From IMG/VR virus record IMGVR_UViG_3300037088_000682, positions 7,489-71,488 of that record: 64,000 nucleotides of DNA; one strand, 5' to 3'. Below the pieces are notes generated by a model. That model saw only the letters and a program-made list of their open reading frames with translations. It made no database searches and was not told where the DNA came from. This DNA comes from a virus. Shown in pieces: positions 41,805 to 50,053 of the stretch; the stretch's first letter is position 1, and every line of letters starts with the position of its first letter. Position numbers and translations under genes: made by a program.

Positions 41805-42156
41805 AGCTAACCCAACTATATTTTACCCCACGACTATCCAAGAATGCCATCATATCCCGAGCCCCATCCTCATTTGATGAGTGGATGTGAATCATTTCTG
41901 GAGCCTTGTGAAGGAACTTTATCAAGTATCCGCAGGCATCTCGGCCTGTCCCATCACTATCCCCGATGTAGCTACGATGGAGATCAGTGAAGTCATTCAG
42001 GTCATGATCAAGGCTAATCATGTCGAAGCTAACATACTTCGCTAACGCCTCTCTATACTCATCGAGAGTGTAGACATGTATGATTTCGTCTGATGGGTAT
42101 CGATTATCCATCAGCTTGTGACGATTTGTGTCGTCATCTAGAAAAAGAATCCTCAT
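41782..42156 (-). CDS. cyclic-phosphate-processing receiver-like domain protein
   Basis: ILFLDDD, ISLDHDL, TG, IHIHSSN..G..M. Confidence 0.75.
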   Translation of the reverse strand: MRILFLDDDTNRHKLMDNRYPSDEIIHVYTLDEYREALAKYVSFDMISLDHDLNDFTDLHRSYIGDSDGTGRDACGYLIKFLHKAPEMIHIHSSNEDGARDMMAFLDSRGVKYSWVSFKDTPDH

Positions 42157-42233
42157 GAGCCCCACTGTATAAGCAACTGACCCAAAGGGGAACACCAACA
42201 AAACCCCTCTGGGCCAGTTGACAGACTTTTGAA

Positions 42234-42581
42234 TTACCGCTTGCGAGACCGGGAGGGCTTCTTAGCCGGCGAGGCCACTCTGGGGGCCACCGGAGTTCGA
42301 ACTTCCTTCTTCCTATGAGAACGCTTGGGGGCAGGAGGAGCGGCCTCACGACTCGGGGCGAACGGAACTTTGGGGTGCTTCCTGGCCTCACTGACCGATT
42401 CAATACCACTGAGTCTAGAAGAACTGGTCTTGCTCCCCCTCCGCTCTTCCCCTATTAGAGCAGCTATCTGAATGGTCAACCCTATAGGATCCGGAGCTCC
42501 TGAGATACCTCGTTGCCTGTAAATATCAGCGGCTTCTTGGATATCAGTGGCAACTTGTTGCGCTTCTCTACTCAATGGCAT
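42234..42581 (-). CDS. basic hypothetical protein
   Basis: AGGAGG ribosome-binding site; Arg/Lys/Pro-rich tail. Confidence 0.55.
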   Translation of the reverse strand: MPLSREAQQVATDIQEAADIYRQRGISGAPDPIGLTIQIAALIGEERRGSKTSSSRLSGIESVSEARKHPKVPFAPSREAAPPAPKRSHRKKEVRTPVAPRVASPAKKPSRSRKR

Positions 42582-42636
42582 ACTTCCTCCTACTCACTAT
42601 CTGAATAAACGTGAAGCTACACCAGATTAACAGAAT

Positions 42637-43110
42637 TTGCATCAAGTTTTTGCAGAAGTGGCCGAAAGGTGTAATACTTTCCCCGTGGCTTCCCCTCTTT
42701 TTGACCCGAAGAATCGACCAAAGCCAGCTAATACGTTGGCCGAAACCGAATTACTTCGGTTGGAGAAAATCAGGCAGCAAAGCGGGAACGTCGTCATTTC
42801 AGTGGACACCTGCCCGGGATTGTTCCTTTTGGCCTTCAATCTGCTTCTGACTCAAAACAATGGTAATGGAGGCACTTTCGTCAGCTATAAGTTCCCAATA
42901 CCCAAGTACTGGAAGCGCCACGTTTCTAAGATCCACTTACTAATCCCGGCAAAGGGGACTCTTGAACTCAAAAACGGTTCACAAATCGAAAGAGTCCCAT
43001 CTGCAAAGGTTTCAGAGATCTTAGGTAGAATCCAATATGGGTTTGAGCAGGATGGTTTCCAGATAGTCCTAGGAGCTCCCAGTCGTTTCGAAAGAGCTGA
43101 CGTCATCTAG
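42637..43110 (+). CDS. hypothetical protein, C-terminal tag PSRFERADVI
   Basis: Tag at the terminus. Confidence 0.65.
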   Translation: MHQVFAEVAERCNTFPVASPLFDPKNRPKPANTLAETELLRLEKIRQQSGNVVISVDTCPGLFLLAFNLLLTQNNGNGGTFVSYKFPIPKYWKRHVSKIHLLIPAKGTLELKNGSQIERVPSAKVSEILGRIQYGFEQDGFQIVLGAPSRFERADVI

Positions 43111-43626
43111 GCGGAGTTGAGCTCGAACAGCCATTAGAATCTTCCCTAAACGATTGACGCCCGTTCTTGAACAACCCCAACCCCAGTAGGGATCGAAGTC
43201 AGTGTTCTCGATAATGGGTCGCTCACCACTATTGAGCAGGATGGTTTTAATATCCTGATTTTGAGCAAACTTGGAGTGCACCACACAGAACATGACCCAA
43301 TCCTTGAAGTAGTCGATAACATTGGCTTGTCCGCGACCATCATCCACTATAGTGAGAGCCAGCTTGGTAGGTGGTTTGAATGGTCTGTCCCAATCTTCTC
43401 GAAGTGGTTTGGTTTTGTCCCGGCCAAGGGTTGCAGCATCCATGGGGCTCTTTGCCTTATGGATCTGATCGACGAGATCCATCCGATGCGGGAAGAACTT
43501 CCAAGCCTGAAACGGGGCTTCTGAGAACTCCCAGATCCTAGAGCCAAATGTAAGACTGTGTCGTGAAAAGTTGGAAAAACACCCGTAGGGGGTTTCCTTA
43601 GGCCGGTAAAATAGGATGGGTTCCAT
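43069..43626 (-). CDS. NADAR (YbiA-like) family protein
   Basis: YGCFSNF, SE..FQA.KF, KF.QN, L..G...IIE, D.YWG, G.NRLG.ILM.VR. Confidence 0.85.
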   Translation of the reverse strand: MEPILFYRPKETPYGCFSNFSRHSLTFGSRIWEFSEAPFQAWKFFPHRMDLVDQIHKAKSPMDAATLGRDKTKPLREDWDRPFKPPTKLALTIVDDGRGQANVIDYFKDWVMFCVVHSKFAQNQDIKTILLNSGERPIIENTDFDPYWGWGCSRTGVNRLGKILMAVRAQLRLDDVSSFETTGSS

Positions 43627-43688
43627 CTTTCTCACTACACCGAAAGAAAGTTGTTCACTTCTTTGGGTACTTGGGGTATACCACTAAC

Positions 43689-43758
43689 TGTCGGCTCTAG
43701 AGTGGATCTTCGTGTTCCGCCCCCCCCTCAAAGACACGAGGGTCTCCTAGGGCCGTCA
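43689..43758 (+). ncRNA. candidate small hairpin RNA with C-rich loop
   Basis: CGGCUCUAG/CUAGGGCCG and GAUCUUCGUGU/ACACGAGGGUC stems; loop UCCGCCCCCCCCUCAAAG; GGGGTA element about 10 nt upstream. Confidence 0.4.
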
Positions 43759-43811
43759 ATTAATTTTGTCTTCTCAGTGGTCGCATGAACTTTTGATGCG
43801 ATTGACACTGC

Positions 43812-44453
43812 ATGAAGACTTTACTGTTCGCCCTTCTGGTGGCCGGCACCCTCTTTGGCTGCCGAAATGCCTACGAGCCAACCAAACCAGTACCAAGTAC
43901 CCTCTTATCCACAGAGGTTCCGTTGGTTCCGGCAATGTCTTCTGCAGCCCCGGATCTGCTCGCGGCCCCCGCTCTCGAGGTTCACTTCTCCCCAAAGGGT
44001 GGTTGCACAGATTCAGTGGTAGGTTTTATTACTTCAGCCAAAACTGAGGTGCTTGTCCTGGCCTACTCCTTCACATCAAAGCCAATCATAGCGGCTTTGA
44101 TTGCTCAGGCCAGTAAGACCAAACCAATCTTCGATCGGATGGACTTAGGTTCCCCACAGACCCAGCAACTGATTGCTGCGGGTATCCCGGTTCTCATCGA
44201 TAGTAAGCACGCTATTGCCCACAACAAGGTCATCATCGTTGATAGGAAATACCTAGAGACGGGCTCCTTCAACTTCACCCAGCAAGCCGAAACTAGCAAT
44301 GCCGAAAATTGTGTCATCATCCGAAACAGGGTAATGGCTCAAGAGTTTGCGGCGAATTGGCTGTTGCATCAGTCCCATTCCGTTCCACCCTCGGTAGCCG
44401 ATGCCGGGGTGTTCGATGCTGGATTGAAGTCGGCCGAGCATCTAGAACAGTAA
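43812..44453 (+). CDS. phospholipase D-family nuclease (Nuc-like), predicted lipoprotein
   Basis: Lipobox LFGC; FSP, AYSFT, HNKVIIVD...TGSFNFT...NAEN. Confidence 0.85.
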   Translation: MKTLLFALLVAGTLFGCRNAYEPTKPVPSTLLSTEVPLVPAMSSAAPDLLAAPALEVHFSPKGGCTDSVVGFITSAKTEVLVLAYSFTSKPIIAALIAQASKTKPIFDRMDLGSPQTQQLIAAGIPVLIDSKHAIAHNKVIIVDRKYLETGSFNFTQQAETSNAENCVIIRNRVMAQEFAANWLLHQSHSVPPSVADAGVFDAGLKSAEHLEQ

Positions 44454-44495
44454 AAAGTTCTGATTCTTTCCACTGGGTTGGTGTATCATCCGAAG

Positions 44496-44981
44496 ATGCT
44501 TTGTGTAGGACTCTTCGGAACCTGTGACCAGAATCGATGGAGGGATCCATTCATGGCCCGGTACGATGAGTTGGGGATCCCTTACTTCAACCCAATGGTT
44601 GACAACTGGCACGCGGGACTAGTTCCTCTCGAAGCTCAACACCTAGCCGAGGACGAGATCATCATGTTCCCGATTCTTGGCTGGTCATACGCTGAAGGAA
44701 GCCTCTCTGAGATGGGCTTCGGCCCCCTCAAAGCAATGCGTCAGAACATCAACCGTAGCTTCGTCTACCTAATAGAAACAGTCCTCCACGAGAGGCTGAC
44801 AGATCCCGAACGGGGTAAGGCATCCATTCGATCTCGTAAGCTACTACTAGGACACCTCAAAGAACTTGACGCTCCCAACATCTATGTAGTTCAAAATCTA
44901 GAACAAGCTCTTGAAACTACAACCACCCTCTACGACTTACATAAGAAGATGGGTGAGTTGAGGAACACCTCTGCTGGGTAA
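44496..44981 (+). CDS. nucleoside 2-deoxyribosyltransferase-like protein
   Basis: VGLFGTC...WRD...YFNP.V..W...E...SLSE. Confidence 0.6.
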   Translation: MLCVGLFGTCDQNRWRDPFMARYDELGIPYFNPMVDNWHAGLVPLEAQHLAEDEIIMFPILGWSYAEGSLSEMGFGPLKAMRQNINRSFVYLIETVLHERLTDPERGKASIRSRKLLLGHLKELDAPNIYVVQNLEQALETTTTLYDLHKKMGELRNTSAG

Positions 44982-44983
44982 CT

Positions 44984-45349
44984 ATGGCCAAAGCTTCAAT
45001 CTGGTTAGTCTTGTTGACAGAGGGCTCTGGGGACGCCACGGTATCCGATCTGATAAAGAAGGGCTACAGTGTTGGACAGATTGAACCTGGCTCATCTATC
45101 ATCAACAGGGTAAAGGGCAGTGACTCTGCTGTCACCTTGGCTATCTCCGTCAGTTGTCTTGACAAGGATGCAAACCAAGTCGATGAGGATCTCAGAGCTC
45201 TTCTATCCACCAGGAAGACCAATTACCTATTTTACCTAATCAAAATGGGGTCTCAGACTAGGTGGAGCACTGGTAATATAGATGGCAAGGCCAATCAAGT
45301 TCTAACTCGCTCTGAAAGAATCCTCAGCGATGATGACCCAACCGCTTGA
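44984..45349 (+). CDS. hypothetical protein, tag variant TRSERILSDDD
   Basis: Tag near the terminus. Confidence 0.6.
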   Translation: MAKASIWLVLLTEGSGDATVSDLIKKGYSVGQIEPGSSIINRVKGSDSAVTLAISVSCLDKDANQVDEDLRALLSTRKTNYLFYLIKMGSQTRWSTGNIDGKANQVLTRSERILSDDDPTA

Positions 45350-45644
45350 AACAGAAGAGCGGTGCCCTACTTGTACGAGGCCGATGGTTCACAAGAGTGA
45401 ACATCACTTCGTCCCTAGGTGTAGAGGCGGCAAAGAGACCAAGTTCATTTGCTGTGACTGCCACAGAACTATCCATTCTTTATTCTCGAATAAAGAATTG
45501 GAAAGGACTTACAGTACAGTTGAGGCTCTTCTTGGGAACGAGAGATTCAGGAAAGCTATAGAATTTCTCAAGAAGCAAGATCCTAGTCGTAGGTACAAGG
45601 CAATTAGGGCTAGAGATCAGAAGAAGCGTGGTCGTAACGGGTAA
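45330..45644 (+). CDS. small HNH nuclease-like protein
   Basis: CPTC...HHFVP...GG...CCDCHRTIH. Confidence 0.7.
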   Translation: MMTQPLETEERCPTCTRPMVHKSEHHFVPRCRGGKETKFICCDCHRTIHSLFSNKELERTYSTVEALLGNERFRKAIEFLKKQDPSRRYKAIRARDQKKRGRNG

Positions 45645-45665
45645 GCTTCGGTGTAAGTGGGGTGG

Positions 45666-46136
45666 ATGTCTACCCCTATCATCAATAACCCTTATCGAGT
45701 ACTAGCTTCTTACGCTCTCCGTAAACCACCAGAGGTTCTACCTGACTCTGTTATCTTCGAGGCCAGAGCTCGGGCCAAACAAGTCTGTGGATCAGATCCC
45801 CCACTGTTAGGTAAGTTTCTTAGCTTCTACACAGACATTGAGCCTCACATAAAGGTTACAGCTGAAGATGCCGAGCGGGCTGAGAAGCTTCTTCGCTGTA
45901 TTTGGAGAGGTGACCTTGATGAAGCATATGACCCTATCCCAGGTATCTATCAACATTTCAAAGGTGGTACTTACAGAGTACAAGCACTAGCCAAGCTTTT
46001 ACAAGGGCCGAAAGAAGAAATAGCTGTTGTGTATGGGAACGATGAAGAAACCTTTGTTCGTCCTCTAAAGGAATGGGTTGAACTAATCTTGTGGCCCGAT
46101 GGTGAATACCACCCGCGATTCATGAGGGTGAAATGA
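45666..46136 (+). CDS. DUF1653-like domain protein
   Basis: GIYQHFKGGTYRV...VVY...FVRPL.EW...PRF. Confidence 0.65.
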   Translation: MSTPIINNPYRVLASYALRKPPEVLPDSVIFEARARAKQVCGSDPPLLGKFLSFYTDIEPHIKVTAEDAERAEKLLRCIWRGDLDEAYDPIPGIYQHFKGGTYRVQALAKLLQGPKEEIAVVYGNDEETFVRPLKEWVELILWPDGEYHPRFMRVK

Positions 46137-46348
46137 AGTGGTTCGGAGAGAGTTGGGGATCTGTTGTTTGCAGGTCACTACCGGCATCACCTACTCCCGT
46201 TGGTGAGTTGTGTGCTCTATGTGAAGTATCTATCGTTGAGGGTGATCAAGGAATCCTACTCCCGTACTCAAGTGAGGGTGAAAAAGAGACTGAAGAGCCT
46301 TGGCACTTAAAGTGTCTGTCGAAAGCAACTGTTGGGATCCCGTAAACC

Positions 46349-47101
46349 ATGCCTGCTGGCGCCCTGTGGCTACTTCACTATGCGGATGACATAGATCATC
46401 GAATCCAAGCTCGCTCGGATCGGCAGAGGTTTGCTCAGGACAGGAATGTTCTTACCGCTACAATAACTAGACGTGATGGGCAAGTTCTGTTGGAAGTTCA
46501 GCTCATAGATGACACCAACATCACTTTCGATGAGAGTCTGCGCAGAATCTTTGCTCAGAATTCCTACCCGATGTTTGAGTTTAGAGAAGAGGGGAGAAGG
46601 CGGGACTTTCAAACCGAGTACATGGGGCGATTCGCCTTACCGGAGCCCAATCCTGATCCAACCCCTCGAGTACCCCCAGACGTACGGGATAGGATTATCA
46701 GCGAGTACATCAGTACAGCGGAAGGGAGGCGGACTCTGGCCGCTTCAATGGTAGCCCCTCTGCGAAGACCATTGGACTACTCTTCAATAGCCCGGAGAAC
46801 CTTCATGGTCGAGCAATTACCAGATGGGGCCCTCCCAATCTACGACAAGGATCCTCAAGTCAAGTTTGACCCGCCAGCCTGGGTTCAAGCGGGCACTTGG
46901 GTCAAAGAGGGCGATGACTACGCAACTATTCTTGCTTTAGAGTCACCAGAGGGTTTTCCTGTGGTAGAGTATCGATTGTGGCGGGATTACGGGCCTACTC
47001 TGAAATGTGTTGCCAAGTCCTTCTGCGACCGGTGGCTCCCCTCAGAACCACCCGCCGAACCGAGGACTCGATTCCAGAGAATCCTGGACGATGATGACTG
47101 A
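46349..47101 (+). CDS. hypothetical protein with capsid-like segment, C-terminal tag TRFQRILDDDD
   Basis: RDRIISEYISTAEGRRTLAASMVAPLRR.LDY..IARRTFMVEQLPDGALPIYDKDP segment; tag at the terminus. Confidence 0.7.
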   Translation: MPAGALWLLHYADDIDHRIQARSDRQRFAQDRNVLTATITRRDGQVLLEVQLIDDTNITFDESLRRIFAQNSYPMFEFREEGRRRDFQTEYMGRFALPEPNPDPTPRVPPDVRDRIISEYISTAEGRRTLAASMVAPLRRPLDYSSIARRTFMVEQLPDGALPIYDKDPQVKFDPPAWVQAGTWVKEGDDYATILALESPEGFPVVEYRLWRDYGPTLKCVAKSFCDRWLPSEPPAEPRTRFQRILDDDD

Positions 47102-47438
47102 AACTGAAGCGAAGAAAGTAGCAGTCAAAGAGGCCCGTCCTGGTGAGGCCACCCTCAAGGTCATACTCGCACTTGCCAAAGCCACTCAAAACCTAACTGA
47201 GATTGGAGTCAACGCCCTTGATTACGAGGAAGTGCTCTTACTACTCAGTTACGCAAAGGACACCCCGAGCTTCATACTTCATGGAGCTGAGATCACGATT
47301 GACTTAGTCAATCGTGGAGAGCTCAATGTTGTGGTTGGTAAGTCTCAATCACTGGTAATCGTCAAGGACGTTTGGGCGATACTCCATCCAGAAACAGCAA
47401 CAAGGTTCCATAGAATACTGTGGGATGAGGTGATCTGA
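47094..47438 (+). CDS. hypothetical protein, C-terminal tag TRFHRILWDEVI
   Basis: Hybrid of the two tag subtypes. Confidence 0.65.
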   Translation: MTETEAKKVAVKEARPGEATLKVILALAKATQNLTEIGVNALDYEEVLLLLSYAKDTPSFILHGAEITIDLVNRGELNVVVGKSQSLVIVKDVWAILHPETATRFHRILWDEVI

Positions 47439-47798
47439 ATGACCCTCCGTGTATTGATCATTGATGATGTGGCCAGAGCGGGAGCCGCTAGAGTAGTCGA
47501 GTATGCAAGCCGTCCCGAGAACCTCTACGTACCTGGGCCCGGAGCCAAGGTACCAGGATATGACCCTGGTCACGTTCTGCGACTCGGTGAGTACAGGATG
47601 GTCTTCTCGCTAACGAAAGTCCCTAATGGGGAGATTTACCGTCACTTCTCAATGTCTGTCCCTGCTCAAGGCAAGTTCCCACACCCTGCAGCGGTTGAAG
47701 AAGTACTAGGCCTCTTTGGCTTCGTTGGTGGATTGAAGAAATCTCAAGCTGATCTCAACGAAGAAGAAGGTTGTGTTGTAGCCGCCCAACTACTTTAG
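47439..47798 (+). CDS. hypothetical protein
   Basis: 119-aa ORF. Confidence 0.6.
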   Translation: MTLRVLIIDDVARAGAARVVEYASRPENLYVPGPGAKVPGYDPGHVLRLGEYRMVFSLTKVPNGEIYRHFSMSVPAQGKFPHPAAVEEVLGLFGFVGGLKKSQADLNEEEGCVVAAQLL

Positions 47799-48163
47799 AT
47801 CACGTCCTCACGTTCAAATCTAGTTGGAGGGATCTGATCAGGCTTTTCCCTCTTCCGACGTTCAACCTTTGGTTTCGGAGCAGGGCGCCACTTGTCCCGT
47901 ATATCTCCAGACCACCTAGAGGCTTCGACCTTGATGTCCGTCTCTAAGTGGAGATCAACATACTTTACCCCATTAGCTGTCACTCGTATCCTGTGGATAA
48001 CGAACACTGGCATATCATAGGGTGTTGGATTCTCTGGTAATTCTCTACTTATCCAATCAGAACCCCCAAAAACCTTCCCAGAAGGGATTGGGATTATCTT
48101 CTTATCTACAGCGATCCAACTCTCGTCCTTGGGGGCCTTCCAGGGGTCTTTTGTCCTAGGCAT
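47795..48163 (-). CDS. hypothetical protein, C-terminal tag PTRFEREDVI
   Basis: Tag at the terminus; GGTGTA-10nt-ATG. Confidence 0.7.
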   Translation of the reverse strand: MPRTKDPWKAPKDESWIAVDKKIIPIPSGKVFGGSDWISRELPENPTPYDMPVFVIHRIRVTANGVKYVDLHLETDIKVEASRWSGDIRDKWRPAPKPKVERRKREKPDQIPPTRFEREDVI

Positions 48164-48199
48164 GAATCACCTCTACACCGGTGTAAGAGGTGATTCATG
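48161..48199. promoter_or_regulatory. palindromic bidirectional promoter / translation-start element
   Basis: CATGAATCACCTCTACACCGGTGTAAGAGGTGATTCATG is a near-perfect inverted repeat linking two divergent start codons. Confidence 0.65.
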
Positions 48200-49102
48200 C
48201 CAACGTGGCAGATTGAATATCCATCTCACAGACAAGGGATTCGTTCTCGGTATAGCGAGGACGTTAGTCTCATTCGCAATGACCAGTCTTTTGCAAATAT
48301 GGTGGTTACTGAACTAACAGATCGACCAATCATTGTAATCAAGGTCTCATTCCTTGGGGTTGGCCCTAGTGATCCAAGAGTTAGAGAGATAGTTCGATGT
48401 GGGTCTTTTCAGATCCCTCCTAACATATGGTTCCCTCTACAGGTGAGTAGGATAACCCCGGATGAGAATGGTAGGTATCGGGTACGTGGTCGCACCCAGC
48501 ATGCAGCTATAATCGATGATGCAGCTCACTTCATACCTGGAACACCCGTCGGTATCGATCCTGCCACCGGCTTGATAGTACCCAACTCGAACAATCCAAT
48601 TGGATTGATTAGTGAGGAAACCTCACTACTGGAGGATCCCCCTCCTAGGATTCTTCTAGGAATTGATCCAGGCAGCGGATCAGATAGAACAGCGGTAACA
48701 GTCTCCCGCTACCCAGTTCGAACCGAGATGACTGTCATACCCGGCGATGAACCCTCCTCACTCAGTCTTGGGTTTACCATACGCGAAGAGATTGGGATCG
48801 GAGTTTTCAACCCTGAAGCTGTGCGAAGAGTTTCGATGCCCACCTTCGAGCTCCAAGAAAACCCATCCATAAACATTGGAGACATTAGGAGTAGACGGTT
48901 CGATCTAGTTGATCGTGCTCGACAATCCATTCAAGAATCTGAAGATCAGCGTATATTTGATGCTCTAGATGCAGCTGTTGATCAGCCCTTCATTGATCGA
49001 CCCATCAGAGGTTTCCAACAGCCCACTCCAGAACCTGTATATGACGGGCCACGACCCATTAGATTCACACGGATCTTAGAGGACGAGTGGTACCCCCTAT
49101 GA
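48197..49102 (+). CDS. hypothetical protein with capsid-like segments, tag variant IRFTRILEDE
   Basis: PVRTEMTV...GFTIREEIGIGVFNP and PTFELQENPSI...RRFDLVDRA..IQESEDQRIF segments. Confidence 0.7.
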   Translation: MPTWQIEYPSHRQGIRSRYSEDVSLIRNDQSFANMVVTELTDRPIIVIKVSFLGVGPSDPRVREIVRCGSFQIPPNIWFPLQVSRITPDENGRYRVRGRTQHAAIIDDAAHFIPGTPVGIDPATGLIVPNSNNPIGLISEETSLLEDPPPRILLGIDPGSGSDRTAVTVSRYPVRTEMTVIPGDEPSSLSLGFTIREEIGIGVFNPEAVRRVSMPTFELQENPSINIGDIRSRRFDLVDRARQSIQESEDQRIFDALDAAVDQPFIDRPIRGFQQPTPEPVYDGPRPIRFTRILEDEWYPL

Positions 49103-49633
49103 GTTGAAGATAGTCCCCTCAGAAACCTTTTCTTCCATTGTCAAGGCTTCTCTGGCCACCCCAAGGACTCTAACCGCAACAACAGAGGTGGCTGTACGGG
49201 TACCCGTTCGATGAACCCGATGAGTCTTCCCCTTGTGATCGAACGTTCTTTCTGGTAATGAACGTCTCCAAACAGCTATAAGCCTCTGCCCTAGCCCCAT
49301 GACGGTCAAGGAGGAACCTTTGAGTAGCTCCTGGTCAACAGGTTCAATCCCGGGAGCCTCCCCTTCTACGTCCTCTAGAGGGGAACCATCAAGGAACTCC
49401 CCGAGCGAGATCAAACCTATCTCGAGCGAAGGATACTTCCCAGATGGGCCGTTCGGTTTTAGGGATACGTTGATTCTTCCGTTCTCCGCCAAGGCTTCCA
49501 GTGTAAATCCTTGCATGATCTTATGGTCAACAAGCTCCACCTCCCGGTCGAGTCGTTCGAATCTTGAAACTATGGGGCCTTCCGCAGGCTCAATGATGTC
49601 GATGTTGTGGTCAAAGCGAGTTAATTCAGCCAT
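49097..49633 (-). CDS. hypothetical protein with two N-terminal tag-like motifs
   Basis: MAELTRFDH...IVSRFERLDREV. Confidence 0.6.
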   Translation of the reverse strand: MAELTRFDHNIDIIEPAEGPIVSRFERLDREVELVDHKIMQGFTLEALAENGRINVSLKPNGPSGKYPSLEIGLISLGEFLDGSPLEDVEGEAPGIEPVDQELLKGSSLTVMGLGQRLIAVWRRSLPERTFDHKGKTHRVHRTGTRTATSVVAVRVLGVAREALTMEEKVSEGTIFNS

Positions 49634-49645
49634 TGGAGCTCTATA

Positions 49646-50053
49646 ATGTCCGGTCTGTACCTACCGGGAGTTCAAGAAACACTGTCGTGGATCCTTAATC
49701 TGAACGATATGAGATCTGCACACGTTGAGGAATTGAGTTTCGTTTGCTGGGCTAATACTCTAGAGGAATTACAAGATTTCGTCAATCGAGAACAAGTCGA
49801 GTGTTATATGGATGGTAAGTGGGGGAAAACCTTCAGGAAATTCGGCCCACTTGAGTGGTACAACAAACCCTGGGACGTAGGTAACCACTATCTTCAGGCC
49901 CCACCAACCGTAATTATTCATGGGATCCTGGAGTATCGAGCCCCTATCATAGTGAATCTTCCGAGTATCGAAGATCTTGAGCAGCGAGCTAAGTACGAAC
50001 ACCCAGAGAACCCTACTAGGTTTGAACGCATTGCCTTTAATATGGTCAAGTAG
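49646..50053 (+). CDS. hypothetical protein, C-terminal tag PTRFERIAF
   Basis: Tag near the terminus. Confidence 0.65.
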   Translation: MSGLYLPGVQETLSWILNLNDMRSAHVEELSFVCWANTLEELQDFVNREQVECYMDGKWGKTFRKFGPLEWYNKPWDVGNHYLQAPPTVIIHGILEYRAPIIVNLPSIEDLEQRAKYEHPENPTRFERIAFNMVK

